Shown: positions 1 through 19,076 of the stretch, in pieces
Numbering within the stretch: position 1 is the first letter of the stretch
How the letters are laid out: the number at the start of each line of letters is the position of its first letter
Notes under the pieces: generated by a model
Database searches by the model: none
What the model was told of the DNA's origin: nothing
The model's input: the letters and a program-made list of their open reading frames with translations, nothing else
From: the human T2T-CHM13v2.0 reference genome, Homo sapiens
Direction: 5' to 3' (one strand)
Length of the DNA: 64,000 nt
Assembly: GCF_009914755.1 (NCBI RefSeq)
Contig: NC_060929.1
Translations under genes and position numbers: made by a program

Positions 1-2926
<2,926 letters not shown>

Positions 2927-5180
2927 TACACAATGACCAAGTGTAATTTATCCTTAGTCTGCAAGGATGGTTCAATATACAAAAATCAATTAATGTGATA
3001 CACCACATTAACAGAAAAAAAGGATAAAAATCACATGATCCTTGCAATAGATACAGAAAAAGCATTTGAAAAAATTGAGTACCCTTTCATAACAAAAAAC
3101 TTCAACAAGTTAGGAATAGAAAGTACCTCAATATAATGAAGGCTGTATATGAAAAGCCCACAGCTAAGTACATAAGATCATTTTAAAGATTCAAGGAAAA
3201 AAAACCTCTAGAACTATTAAACAAATTCAGTAAAATTGCAGGATACAAAATCAATATATAAAAATCAGTTGTGTTTCTGTATACTAACAACAAACTCTCT
3301 GAAAAGGAAATTAGGAAAACATTTCCATCTATAATAGCACCAAAAAGAATAAAAACTTAAGCATATACCGAAGAGGTGAAAGACTTGTATACAGAAAACC
3401 ACAAAACACTGATGAAAGAAATTTAAAAAGATGCAAACAAATGGAAAGACATCCTGCGTTCATAGAATGGAAGACTTAGTATTGTTAAAATATCCATACT
3501 CACAGTGATTTACAGGTTCAATGCAACCCTTATTAAAATCTCAGTGGCATTTTGTACAGAAATAGAAAAAAAAATTCTGTGATTCATATGAAACCACAAA
3601 AGCCCAAGAATAGCCAAATTGATCCTCAGAAAGCACAAAGGTGCAGGCATCATACTTCCTCATTTCACAATTCTTTTAGAAAACCACAGGAATGAAAACA
3701 GTATGGTACTGACATAAAGACAGACATACAGATCAGTGGAAGAAAATAAAGAGCCCAGAAATAAATCCATATACCTATTACCAGGTATATGTATATGATA
3801 TACATATAACCAGAAATAAATCCATATATACAGTCAACTGATCTTTGACAAGGATACCAGAAATACACAATGGGGAAGGAATAGTCTCTTCAACAAATGG
3901 TGTTGGGAAAACTGGATGTCCACATGCAAAATAATGAATTAGACCCATATGTTAAAGTGTATGCAAAAAATCAACTCAAAATTAATTAAAGACTTAAACA
4001 CAAGACCTGAAACTGAAGAACCCATTGAAGAAAACGTAGAGGAAAAGCTTCCTGACATTGGTCTTGATACTGATTTCATGAACATAACACCAAAAGCATG
4101 GGCAACAAAACCAAAAATGAACAAGTGAGACTATATGAAATTAGAAGCCTCTGCACATCAAAGGAAATAATCAACAGAGTGAAGAAATGATCAATAGAAT
4201 GGGAGAAAATATTTGCAAACCATATATCTGATAAGGGGTTAATCTGTGAAATATATAAAGGACATCTACAGCTCAATAGTTGTAGAACCTAATTAAAAAA
4301 TGAGCTAAGGCCATGAATAGCTGTTTATTCAAAGAAGATATACACATGGCCAATAGGTATAGGAAAAAATCCTCAATGTCACTAATCATTAGGGAAGTGC
4401 AAATCAAAACCACAACGAGCTATTACCTCACACCTGTCAGGATAACTATTATCAAAGAACCAAAAGGCAACAAGTATTGGCACACATGTGGAGAGATTGG
4501 AACTCTTGCACACTGTTTATGGAATGCAAAATGATGCAGCCACTATGCAAAACAGTATGGAAATTCTTTAAAAAATTAAAAATAGAACTGCCTTTGATCC
4601 AGCAATCCCACTTCTAGATATTTACTTAAAAAATATTTTGAAAAGATATTTTTATTTTCATGTTCATTGCCACAACAACCAAGATATGTAAACAACCTAA
4701 ATGTTCATCAGCAGATGCATGCATAAAGAAAATGCAGTATATACAAACAGTGAAATATGATTCAGCTTTAAAAAAAGGAAATCCTGCCATATGTGAACAA
4801 CATGAAAGAACTTTGAGCATATTTCATTACGCTAAATGAAATAATCCCGTCATGGAAAGACAAATGATTCCATCTATATGAGGTATCAAAAATAATCAAA
4901 TTCATACAATTGAAGAGTGGAATGATATTTGCTGTGGGGAGAGGTAAATGGTGAGATTCCCTAAATGATTCCTTATTGATTATGTCTAATGTTTATTGAT
5001 TATGTCTAATCAATAGGCATAAAGTTTCAGTTAAGCAAGATAAATAAGCTCTAGAGATCTGTAAAACACTGTACCTATAGTCAGCAACAATGTACTGTAC
5101 ACGTAAAAATTTGAGACTAGATCTCATGTTGTGTTCTTACTACAATAAAGTAAAAACAAAACAAACAAACAAACAAAAAA
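2927..5180 (+). mobile_element. Older L1 (L1MA/L1MB type) ORF2 remnant and 3' UTR with (AAAC)n tail; probably the host of the younger L1PA
   Basis: Degenerate ORF2 resumes directly after the L1PA tail; 3' UTR motif aaagtttcagttaagcaaga...agatctcatgttgtgttcttactacaataaa. Confidence 0.85.
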
Positions 5181-6774
5181 CAGAAAAGGACCTACACAGC
5201 CACTCCCATAACTCAGAAAGTTTCGCTCAAATGTCAAAGCCCAGAAAGGAAATGTCTCAAATTTTGTTACCTTCGCGGAACTCCTCAGGAAGAAGGCAAG
5301 GTGTGCCCATGTACCAAAAGCATTCCCAGGGCCTTTTCTGTTCATTCTACCTGCTCTGAATCTCATTTGTCTCAGAGAAAAAAAAATTTTTCCTTAGGTT
5401 ACATGGTTCAGCTCTCAGGAGAGAAAGTATCTGTGCAATGTATCCTTCTCCCTTTCAAATCCTAATTATTCATTCTACTTCACATAAAATGCTCTTCTCC
5501 ATTGAGGATATGCTTTAATTAAACCTAGAAACATACAGAAAAGTGCATGAATATATACATATAAATTTTAAGGATATTTTCTTATAGAAATGTATGTTCA
5601 TTAAAAATTGAAGCAAAAGAAGTAGATAAAATGAAGATTAAAAAATCTCTCATATTCTACCCCTTGACTATTAGCACTACGAACATTGTGGAAACTATTC
5701 TTCCAGTCTTTTTAAGAGGAAGGATGGCAGTCTGGTATTTACACATTTTTTCATTTACAAAAATGGGACTATTATAAATTCATTTATAATCTGCCTTCCT
5801 CACATAACAGTATATGATTAATACTGTTTTCTAGAACAACCTATTTCTTAAAGGACTTATGTCTTTTTTTCTTTCTTCTTAAATATCTACTTTAAAATAT
5901 CTTTGAACAGAGTAGCAATTGCTAAATACAAATGTGTAGAGATTTTTCTTCTTGCATTAATGTATTGCTGCCCCTGCCAAAGGAGATATTTGTATTTTAG
6001 TATTGCTATTCTGTAGACAATGGCTTAGTGCAAGGAAATAAATCTAACAATTGGTCCCATGGGGGATGTTTTGAAACAGAGTTCCCTCATTGTTTACATT
6101 ATGACACATAGACCATTCATCCATTTGCTCATAAGACTGACCTCATTCTAAAGAGAATCTTCCCCCTAGCTCTCCCATGAGTGTTTATAGAGGGAAAGCG
6201 GGGTAGGGGCGGGAATCAGACTCAATATTCATTTTAAAAGGCATTGGTTAAAGATCTTCCTGCAAATGCTTGGCATATTGCATCAATGTCAACTGCATCC
6301 TTGAACACAATGCATGACTGGTACACTATTTAGCCACAGTCACATTTTGAAGTGTGTGGCTTCTCTATTTAACTGTCTGTGGCATGCAGTAATGGTAGGT
6401 TTTGGAGAGGGGACAAAGGGACATGCCAGTATTATACTTTTGTTACTTCTGTTTGTTTGAATATGCCCTGATGAACAAACATATATTTGTCCTGTGCCAA
6501 TATCTTTGTAGGGTGGAAAACGGCATTTCACCAGCTGGACAGTATCATCCTACTTTAGAATTGAGGAAATTTGATGTTTAACTTGGGTGAAGTAATGCCA
6601 GGAAAGGCGTTTGGAGGAAGAAAAGTTGCTGACTGGTGAAACTGGCAATGCCTGGTATTGTCAGATTGAAAGTGGACCAGAAGACTAACTGTGAAGAACC
6701 AGGAAATGTGCCTGGATCTTTGATCAAAACAGGGAAGTGGCATAGTGAAAAATCTAAATAAATAAATAAATCTA

Positions 6775-7142
6775 AATCTCAAGTTGAAATGTAATCCCTA
6801 ATGTTGAAGGTGGGGCCTGGTGGGAGATGATTGGGTCATGGGGGCAGATCTCTTGTGGCTTGGTGCTATCCTCGCAATAGTGAGTTCTCTCAAGATCTGG
6901 TTGTTTAAAAGTGTGTGGCACCTCCTACCCTCTCTCTTGCCCCTGCTCTGGCCATGCAACGTACCTGTTCCCTCTTCACCTTCTGCCATAAGTAAAAGCT
7001 CCCTGAGGCTCTCAAGCAGCTGAGCAGATGCCTGCACTATGCTTGTACAGCCTGTAGAACCATGAATCAATTAAACTTCTTTTCTTATAAATTACCCAGC
7101 CTCAGTTATTTCTTTATATCATGTAGACAATGGCCTAACACA
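6775..7142 (+). mobile_element. MaLR LTR (MSTA/MSTB-like), 5'-truncated
   Basis: aaatctcaagttgaaatgtaatccc...ggtggggcctggtgggag...ataaattacccagcctcag...ctaacaca. Confidence 0.85.
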
Positions 7143-7744
7143 AGTAGGAACTAGAGTGCCTTCAGGAAAGAATTTTATTTGAGTATTCTTTTTGTATGCC
7201 AGGCAATTTGCTTATGGCATTTCATGGGTTGGAGCAGCCACAGCAAGGCAGGGTCAGAGGTCCAGGCAAGGTGTTAGGAGGCAGATGGTAGGCACAGGTC
7301 AGCTCCCACCTCATACAAAAAGCTGCAGGTGTGTTTGTTGTAGGTGTCTGAGTCTTAGCTGGGATCATCAGGTGGAACCTGAGCGGGCAGCAAGCGGTTA
7401 AATATGGCTTCCCTGGAGGGTTCAGGTTCAGAACTCAAGGTCAATCTTACTATCATTCCTAGCACATCCAGCAAGTTCCAAGAAGGATTCAAGATAAATG
7501 ATGTCAAGAGTATGGCAGCATGAGTAAACCAGCAGTATTTTAGCTGTTGCTTCAGCACGGGCAGCATGATGAGTGCTTGGTGGGTAGTGGTAGGAGGTGA
7601 GGCTAAAAGACAGGCGGCACCAAATGGAGGATTTTTACCTATTGAGGAATTTGGAGATATTCTGAGGGAATGTGGAAAATTAGAAAGCTGGAGAGGATTA
7701 ATTTGGAAGACAAGGAGGCCCATTGAAAGGCTATGGCAATAAAG

Positions 7745-8000
7745 ACAAAAGGCCAAGATACACATTGCAGTGTTATTTACAGGGCCAAAACACTGAAATA
7801 AGCTAAACAGCAACCAATAGAAATGAAGCCATGCCGTCGTGAAAAAAAATAAAGTAGCTCTCTATATACTACTGTTATTAAGTATTCTCCAGGATATGTT
7901 AAGTGAAAAGATTCAGGTGCAGAACAGTGTGTATACAATTTTAAATGTTGAATGAAATAATGAAAAAATAAAAATATATGTTTGCATATGCATACAAACT
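7745..8000 (+). mobile_element. Ancient L1M 3' fragment
   Basis: Degenerate match to L1MD/ME 3' region (cattgcagtgttattt...ttaagtgaaaag...gcagaacagtgtgtata). Confidence 0.5.
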
Positions 8001-9041
8001 AGTATGAGGGTTAGCTATGGCCAGGGGGCAGGAACTTGGAATAGGAAAGGGGCTTATACTGTAGCCTTTTGTATTATTCACTGAAGTTTCCCATTTAGTG
8101 TACAGCAACTTGAACCATTGTCTTGTTGGCTGTATCACTCTGCTGTATCCCCCAAATATTTTCTGGCACAGGTGGGTGATGATTCTGAAAATGGGAAATT
8201 AGAGGAGCAAATTGGGACAATGGAGCATTCTTGGAAGCCTTCCCTTCTTAGCTGAGAATCTCTGCCATGACACAGAATTATACCTTTTCTCTCCCTTAGC
8301 CACACAAGCCAGTTGTATGGATATAAGAATAGGTGATAATTTTTAGATGGCACCATGTTCAGGATGCCAATATTTGATGAATAATACAAATTTTATTTAA
8401 AAACAGTTGTTATGACAACTGCAATGAACATTAGGATCTCACGTTGACATGGAAAAAAGAGTGTTCTCTCACCACCTCCCCAGCATACCCCTTCAAGCCA
8501 TGATTAGTTCTTTGGTGCTTTTCAAATTTTTAACTTCTGGATACATTGTGTAAATATAAAACCAAGCTGAGATCTCACTCTCAGTGGGTTATTCATGAGA
8601 CTGCTTTTGGCCAAGATACTTCAGTTTTCTCATGTTGGTTTAAGGCTTTGAAAAAAATCCTAGAACTCTGTGGTATAGATTTTCTGGTCTCCCTGAAGCA
8701 CCCAGAATTGTTTTTTTTCTTTCTCCTTTTGAATCCAGGGAAACAAGCCTTTTTTTCTTAATATAGTTTTATTCACACATCATTAAGCTGATTTACTGTA
8801 TTATGCACCACTGTAGTCTTAGCAATCATGGCTTTCTCTTATCCAGAGAATAAAACAATCATTCAGAGCCTACTATAATAATGGAATTTTGCTCAATTCT
8901 GAAAGTACATACCACTGGGGTTTTGCTAAAATCCCTGATTTTATTAAAGTTCACAAGGGGAGGGTATGGATGGATAGAAATTAAGTAAATTATAAATGCA
9001 ACAAATGAAATGCTAAACTGTAAAGTTTAGGGCTTGATTGG

Positions 9042-9414
9042 TGTCTTAGTCTGTTTTTTGTTGCTTCCAACAGAATACCTGAAATTGGGTAATTTATAAA
9101 GATAGTTATGCAGGTTTAATCCAAGCTCCAGGGCTGCATCTGGTAAGGGCCTTCTTGCTGGTAGGGACTCAGGATAGTCTCAAGGTGGTACAGGGAATCA
9201 CATGGTGAGAAGATTGAATGTGCTGGCTCAAGTCTCTCTTCCTCTTCTTGTAAAGCCATCAGTATCACTCCCATTATAACCCATTATTAATACATTAAGC
9301 AATGAATGAATTGATACAATCCATTCACCTCTTAAAGACCCTGCCTTTCAATACTTGACACATTGGAGATTAAGTTTCAACATGAATTTTGGAGGGGACA
9401 TTTAAACCATAGCA
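9042..9414 (-). mobile_element. MaLR solo LTR (MSTD/MLT1A-like) with 5-bp TSD ATTGG
   Basis: tgtcttagtc...aaaccatagca termini; attgg at 9037-9041 and 9415-9419. Confidence 0.85.
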
Positions 9415-9553
9415 ATTGGCTAATGTAAAACATTTCTGAGGTGCAGTGTTTTTACCTGGGTTTCATCTTTCCTTATTTTACTTTGGAAAATGCATTTTGT
9501 TGAATTGTTTTGCTCTGTATTTTGGAACTCCCTGATTCCACATTTGCTGTCTT

Positions 9554-9556
<3 letters not shown>

Positions 9557-9598
<42 letters not shown>
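9557..9598. repeat. (AC)21 microsatellite
   Basis: Direct reading. Confidence 0.97.
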
Positions 9599-9600
<2 letters not shown>

Positions 9601-10156
9601 TTTGTTTCCCTCTGTAAATGCTAGACTTTTAAATATTCTATGATTATCTCTGACACAACAAAGAGAAAAAGATCAAAAGTGATTCTCCACAATTGTTTGG
9701 CACTCAGAGGCAGGATTACACATGATGATGAGCCAGGAACATGTGGCACAGTTTGGAGATTAGTAAACAAGAGGCCATTATTGCCTATGGTGAACAACCA
9801 CCTGGAAGTTGAGACAGTGGCATGTCCTAATCAGAAAAACAAATGACCAGCTGCAAGGTTAAAAGCTCATCATTCAAGCAATGTCCTTCAAATATTTGAA
9901 AGCATCTGGAAAAACCGGCATTGACATTAACTACAAACTCATTTGCCAGGCTTGGCAGCATTTCTCCACTTGACACCTCCCTAATCATTCATCTTGTGGG
10001 CCCAGAGCGTGCAGGCTATGCTTGTAAAAAGACAAAGTGAAAACTGAAAACCAGCAGGATTTTACTGAATAGATGCTTGCCCAGTGGCTGCCGAGGCACA
10101 CTAGAGGGACCAGAACTTTTAGATAGTCTTTAGATGCCTTTTTCTTGCGTTTTCAG

Positions 10157-10219
10157 ACCAAGATATTCTGACTATTCTTGGGCTGGCTTCCTTTGTTCTT
10201 TTCTTTGTTAAAGAACCAG
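10157..10219 (+). other. Candidate 63-nt internal exon
   Basis: Acceptor ttttcttgcgttttcag| and donor CAG|gtaaga in non-repeat DNA. Confidence 0.5.
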
Positions 10220-11040
10220 GTAAGAGGAGTTTTTAAATATTCAAAATGAAAATGCAACATGAATACTTCTGTGAATCAACCCCAAGTTTACTTTAAAAGA
10301 CTTTGTTAGAAATGGCAATATGTGTGATATGCAATATTTTCCAGGGATATCTGCTTCTGAAATGTCCCTTATGAGGGTGACTTAACCACAAATTAGAAAT
10401 ATATTGGAGAAAACCTTCACATGTACTGAATAAAAACACCCTGCTGATAAAGATAGGGAATATTCTTCCCTACATAGGGGAGCATGTTCGGGGGTCAATA
10501 TAACTTTATGTTATATTGAACCTTGGAGCTCATCAAACAATGGTGTTAACAGTGGGCCTTAAGATTTTCCCCTATTTAGGTTTCAATGTCCAAAGTAGAA
10601 GGTAGGAACTTTACAAGTACTATTCTCCTTAGCATTGTGGACAGTATTTTGCCCCAAGCATTGTTCAGCAATTCCAAAAGACAATCAGCTATAATGATCA
10701 TCTGTGTTTCAGATTTCTTTGAGACTTGCATTATATACCATTTCCAAACTCATGAACTCATCTTGGGGTTATATTTTAGCAAATGTCAAATGGAATTGGT
10801 AAATGATATGGGTGGTTTATATGTGAACAAATTTTAACAGAAAACTCACTAGGAGAAATTACTCCATCAAAAGCCTCGACAGATCACAGAATGAGGCATT
10901 CAGCACATGGTAAGGACCCAATGACTTGAAAGTAAATGACAACATTCAGTGACTTGGAATATTATCATCACTGTCAGACTGAATGACTGTGTGGCCAATG
11001 AATGCCTGCTTGATACTTTAGAATTAGTTTTTTCCAGCAG

Positions 11041-11158
11041 AACAATATTGACTCCTTCCAAAATGGTCAAAATAGTCCCATGGTAGCCTGAGTTTCTGGT
11101 CATAAAGTACATCAGATGAGAATTGCTAAGAGCTGAAGAAAAACCAATTTGCAGTTAG
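11041..11158 (+). other. Candidate internal exon with NAGNAG acceptor (start 11038 or 11041)
   Basis: ttttttccagcag| acceptor and TAG|gtaaga donor. Confidence 0.4.
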
Positions 11159-12699
11159 GTAAGAACTAGGGAGCCTGGGAGAAATATTTTAATTACTTCA
11201 TAACTTACCAATTGAAATATGTCAAAGATAGGGATGAAGCTCAAAGACGGAGAGTTGAGATACTCTTAGAATCTAGAAACCACTTAAAATATTTCCTTTT
11301 GATCTAATATCACTCTCTTTTTTTTGGATTCAGAAATGTACCTACTTTGATTCAGCTATCTCCTGAAAAAATGATAAGATTGCTCGAGTTCATAGAAAAA
11401 CCAAGAGCCTGAGAAGAAAGAACAGATGGATAGTCAGAAAAAAATAGATGTTCATGCAAGAGAGACTATAGTTTTATACTTGATAGTCAGAGAGGCTCAG
11501 CTGTGGTCCATGAATTTGCTTTATTCTATTTGGATAAAGATATTTTACTTATTGATGTGAAGATGAAGAGTTTAACTTTTGCTATGGGAACAGGGCAGGT
11601 GTCTAGGGGAGTGCTGGGGTGACAAGAAGAACACAAGCAACTGATCTTGCTTTGTTGAAGCTGCTACCACATGATTTCCCTATAATTTCCTTAGAGACTG
11701 ATCCCTAGCCTCATCTCAAGGGATAGTAATCCAGATGAGTCCAGAGGCCCAAGTTCTCCAGAAGGTGGAGAGGAATGGATGCCTTTTGATCCTTAAAGCC
11801 AGGCTCAGCTTGTTTTGTGACTGCCAGATGGGGACCGACTCTTGTTCAAGTTCAATAACAACCCTGTGACTGTTGGACATGGTGACAGAATAGTTGACCT
11901 AATTTAAAAGGTTGCATTATCCAGACTTGAAAATGCTGAGTAATTTAGAACAAATCAGTGGAATGACCAGCCGCCTGTCATTATGGATAATGAAAACATG
12001 GAACTTGTTATCCCAAGATACAGGCTTTTTAGAAAGCTGTAGATAAATTCATAATGACAGAGCTAAATGTGTTAGTAAGGGGAACTAAGATATTTGAGGA
12101 TATGCCTTTTGCCTCTCTAACATAGGGGATGGCAATCTTTTCTCTCTATGGGGTCTTTATTGGGGGTGACAATCATCTGGGTCATGTTATTCCCTGAGCA
12201 GGAGAGTAGGAATAGCCACTTGATCCACCAGCTCTGATATCAGGCTGACAGTGTTGCTGCCTGCAAAGTAATGAGTTAGACCTGAGGATCAGTGAAGGCT
12301 CTCATCCCACAGTCCCCAGGGATCCCACTGCAACCTTTCTTCATAGATGGTAGCTGGGCTCCAGTTTCTCTGAGGCATCTTTCTATGGAGGAGATGCCCT
12401 GCAGAACACACAGCCCTTGAGCTTGATCACTGCCCCCTCTCCCCAGAAGACTTCGACCCTGGGTTATGACAAGAAGCATGTCTAGCAAGGGCTGTTGGAG
12501 CTGAGGGTCCTGAGTGAAAGCTAAGTTTGTCATCCAATTCCCTTCTCAGGTGGCATCTTCTTGTTCACTTTGAACTCCACCAGAGGCATGGAGCCTACCT
12601 CCCTTACTCTCCTATTCAGATGTATAGAACTGGGCTGGCTGCAACACAACAATCTGTTCTCCCATCTATTTCCTCAAACATTAAATTTTAAATTTATAA

Positions 12700-14551
<1,852 letters not shown>

Positions 14552-14567
14552 CCAAACAAGAATCTTA

Positions 14568-15050
<483 letters not shown>

Positions 15051-15084
15051 CTATGCGTGGCTTCTATTTATTTGAGGGTCTTAA

Positions 15085-15519
15085 TACTATGGTTTGAATA
15101 TGGTTTGTTTGTCCCCACCAAATCTCATGTTGAAATTTGATCTAGTGTTGGGAGGTGGGGCCTGGTAGGAGGTGTTTGGGTCATGGTGGTGGATCTCTCA
15201 TGAGTGGCTCAGTGTCCTTCTGGGGTTGTAAGTTCTATCATTTTCAAGACTGGCTCAGTCCTCAGGGGAATGGATTAATTCCCTCAGGAGTGGGTTGTTA
15301 TAAAGCCAGGATGCCCCATAGGTTTGAACATGCCCGCTTTCCCTTGGACCTTCTCTACCATGTTTTGACACAGCCCAGAAGCCCTCACTAGAAGCCAAGC
15401 AGATGCTGGCACCATGCTTCTTGTACAGGGGGCAGAACTATGAGCTAAATAATCCTCTTTCTTTATAAATTACCCAACCTCAGGTATTCCTTTATAGTGA
15501 CACAAAGCAGACTAAGACA
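15085..15519 (+). mobile_element. MaLR solo LTR (MST family)
   Basis: tactatggtttgaat...gtccccaccaaatctcatgttgaaat...cagactaagaca. Confidence 0.85.
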
Positions 15520-17329
15520 TTTGGGATATTAAAAAAATATTAAAAATTTCAAAACAGGATTCCAAGTGTGGCAGACAAATCAATGCTTTTAACACCAGAA
15601 GTCCCACAAAGACTCTGTAAAATCTCATTTGAGGAGGAGCTTAAAAGCTTACATTTGAGGACCCTTGTAAGAGTGAGGCCTGAGCTAACTGGCCTGGCTC
15701 TTCCTGTGATAAGCATGGGCAGCCAGACAGGGGAGCTGAGCCTGGGTCTTTTGCGAACACTTAGAAGAGGGAGCAGAGATGATTTGGAGCTTTGGCTGCA
15801 AGAAACAATGCCCTGAAAAATTATATCTTAGACAAGATAGTTTATATCTTGCTCACACAAAGGAAACCTGGAGATAAGGCAATCCAGGGCTGGTGTGGCA
15901 GCAACAGGGCCAGAAGCAGGCACTGGTTTTGCTGTGTTCTGTGTGTGGTTTCTATTCTCAAGGCCACCTCACAGTCCAAGAATTCTACCTGGGTCTAGCC
16001 ATTATATCGCCATTCCAAGGCATGATGCAGGAAGGTAAGAGAAGGAATGTACCCCCTCCCTTACAAGAAGATTTCCTGAACTTAGCATGCAACACCTCTT
16101 CACACAGCTCGTTGGCCAAAACTAGTTATATCCTAAGCTGACTGAGAGGGAACATGGAAAATATAATCTTTTAGCTAAATAACAATGTATCCTGCTTTAA
16201 AAAATTCAGGATTCTTTTATAAGAAAGTAGTGGGGAGAGGACTTAGGAGGCAATGAGCAGTAAATGCCACAACCAGTAATCCTTATGTCTGCCTATTTCA
16301 CAAGTTCTTGGTCCAATCTCACATTTACGTTCCCTCACTGCCTGGACATCTGACATATCTCTGCTCTAGCTGTTTTCTCTGTATTTCTCTCGACTGTTGT
16401 CTTCTACTGATCTGATTGCCAGTATATAGATAGAATCTTAGTCCACAAAGCATGGTAGATTAGAAATGGGATGTTACGATATCACAATTCTTTGTACCCA
16501 CTCTCTTAGAGAATTCAATTTCTAGTTTTCTTTGAGGACCCTGCCCAAGAGACCTTACCCAGCACCAGTAATTAAAGTGGTTTCACTGTCAAAGAATAAA
16601 CATATTTTTTCTGTCTCAATTGCTTCGATGCCTCCTGCAATCAGTGTGCAGTAGATGACGTATGTCTCACTGATCCCTGCTTCATTCATGGATATAGTTT
16701 ATGCTGGCATTAGTCATCTCATGCAATTCTAGGACTTCAGAGTCAGTCAACTAGGGCAGTGGGGTAATGCGTTGCATAGCCAATTGGTGCTTCACAATAC
16801 AATTGTTTTGGTGGAATATCTAGTTCTCCAGGTAAAATGTCCTTGCCCTTCTTAGTCTCTACTGATTTTAATTGAATCAGTTTAACCACATAGATCTATT
16901 TTCATTCCAGTATGTTTGCAGACCACCAGGAAATGGAATCAGGAAGAATAAAGTGCCATCTAAGAAGAATGTAGAGTCAGGGCAGAGGTAAGGTTGCTGA
17001 AATGTTGCATTCTCCTTGGAGGGGACAGACAGGCTGACTGCCCAAGCATGAATTGCAGAAATGCTGTGTAGGTGGGAGTGACCACTTGGTGGCCAGCTGT
17101 CAGGCACACAGCTGAGCCTCAGCTCTAGAATAGCCAGGACTCCTGCTGGCTGTCATTACAGCCCCAGTCATCCAGTTGCTCCACAGTATGATTTCTTTAG
17201 TGGGAGAGAGAGGGAGAGGTAGAGTTTTAGTTTTGCTTCTGGGAATTTCACAACAAATTCAGTATGCTCAGGGGATACTATCTGAATATTATCTGTCAGT
17301 GTGATAGGCCAAGAAAATTGAGAACTGTG

Positions 17330-17760
17330 GGTTTGGAGAATTATAGTAATCTTGATTTGGGCTTCATCAAGGCTCTTGACAAGTTTACCCATGATATTCT
17401 TGAGGATGAGAAAATGTAGCATGTTTGAACCTGATTGAATTAGCATACTCAATAGGTGCTGATTAATAGAGATGGGTATCTAATGGGGGGTCACTAGCTC
17501 TGCCCTTGCTTAATGAAGATACAGAAGATATGCTAATCAAGTTTTCAGATAACATGAAATTGGCAGTGATAGCTAATATGCTAGAGAATAGGTAAGAGAA
17601 TCAGGATCTAAAAACATCTCAGCAATCCGAAAAAAATGTACTGAACCCAACAACAGGAAGGTTAGTGGGGAATAAATGTGATATCCTCTCTGGAATCCAA
17701 AACGTCAAGTTCACACATACATGTTGAAGAAGAGATTCTTAGGTGCACTGTTTGACCAGG
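17330..17760 (+). mobile_element. L3/CR1 LINE reverse-transcriptase remnant
   Basis: Degenerate translation KALDKFTHDIL and KFSDNMKLAVIANMLENR resembles CR1 RT motifs KAFDKVSHDIL and KFADDTKLGGVANTLEDR. Confidence 0.7.
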
Positions 17761-17781
17761 ATTTCAACTGGCATTCGTTCA

Positions 17782-17948
17782 TTTTTATACCCTCGATTTA
17801 CAGATTAAGAAACAGAAACTCAAAAACATAAGGTGCTACCCTTACATGGTCCATAGAAGGCACAGTCAGGATTGACTAAGGCTGAAGTTCTTAGCCCCTG
17901 CTCCGTCACCTGGAGCCAGAACTATCACTTCCCTATTTTTATGAATAT
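17782..17948 (-). repeat. Left arm of 167-bp inverted repeat (MIR-derived)
   Basis: Reverse complement of 19077-19243; 14 mismatches, no gaps, by hand alignment. Confidence 0.95.
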
Positions 17949-17949
17949 T

Positions 17950-19050
17950 CATTAATTCCTTTATTCATTGGTCAACAAATATTTTTCAAGCCTTATCTTT
18001 GTTTAGTGCTTTAATGATATTCCGGGATTTAATGACGAGTAAGACAGACACAATTAATTTCCTTATGGAAACAAATAAATATTTTTTATTTAAAACTGTT
18101 TATTAACAATTAAATATTTCTTATTTAAATGTTTCTTAACAATAAAGGGTGACACATACAATGGCAGAATAAAAACGGTATCCTATGTAATGCATCAGAG
18201 AATTCAGGGATGTTCACCTTGAGAGAGTGACATTAAGGCTGACATCTGAAGGATAAACAGGAGTTAATCTACCAGGCAATGGGGAGAGGAAAGAATATTT
18301 CAATATGAAGGAACAACATGTGTAAAGACCTGAAGGCAAAAAGACATAAAATACTGAAGGAATGGGAGGAGGTTCATGACAACTCTGGCATAAAGGTTAT
18401 GGGGTATATAATGAGTGATGAAACTGGGGAGGGAGGACTAGAAGGATTGGAGAGGGAGGCCTTGAAGAGTTTTGCAATGCACTTAAAGACATTGGATACT
18501 ATTTTCATGGGCTGTGAAACCATAAAAAAGTTTTAAGCAAAGAAGTGACTTAATCAGATTTTCATTTTGGAAGGTTCCTACTGGCTTCACTCTAGATGAG
18601 GGAAGGGCAGGACAGGGGCAAAACTAGATGCCTGGTGACCTGTGAGGAGGTATTGCAGGCATTCAGATGAGAGATGTTGGTGGCCTTCACTAATGAGAGT
18701 GCAGATGGAAAGAAGTGGACACATATGAAAAATATACAGTAGAGAAATCAAGGATATGGTGATGGTTTGAATGTGGAGGCAACAGAAGGATTCAAGGGTG
18801 ACTCTCAGCATTTGCTCTTGAGATGACTGAGCTGATCGTGAAGCCATTTTCTGATTTTGGGAACAGCAGGAGAGGAGCATATTTGGGAGAGCAGGTGATG
18901 TATTCAGCTTTGAACATGTTGAGTTTGAGGCAACCAGGACTTGTCCACGTGGTTGGTGTCCAGTAGGCAGTTGGATATAAAAATCTAGAACCCAAGACAG
19001 AGGTGTAGGCTGAAGATACAGATTTGGGAAAAAAATCCCTAAGAGCCAAT
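17950..19050 (-). mobile_element. L2 LINE fragment(s)
   Basis: ttcattggtcaacaaatattt L2 3'-end signature and purine-rich L2 body (gacatctgaagga..., ttgaacatgttgagtttgagg). Confidence 0.75.
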
Positions 19051-19076
19051 AAAAAGAGTAAATTCAGTCCTTCCTC

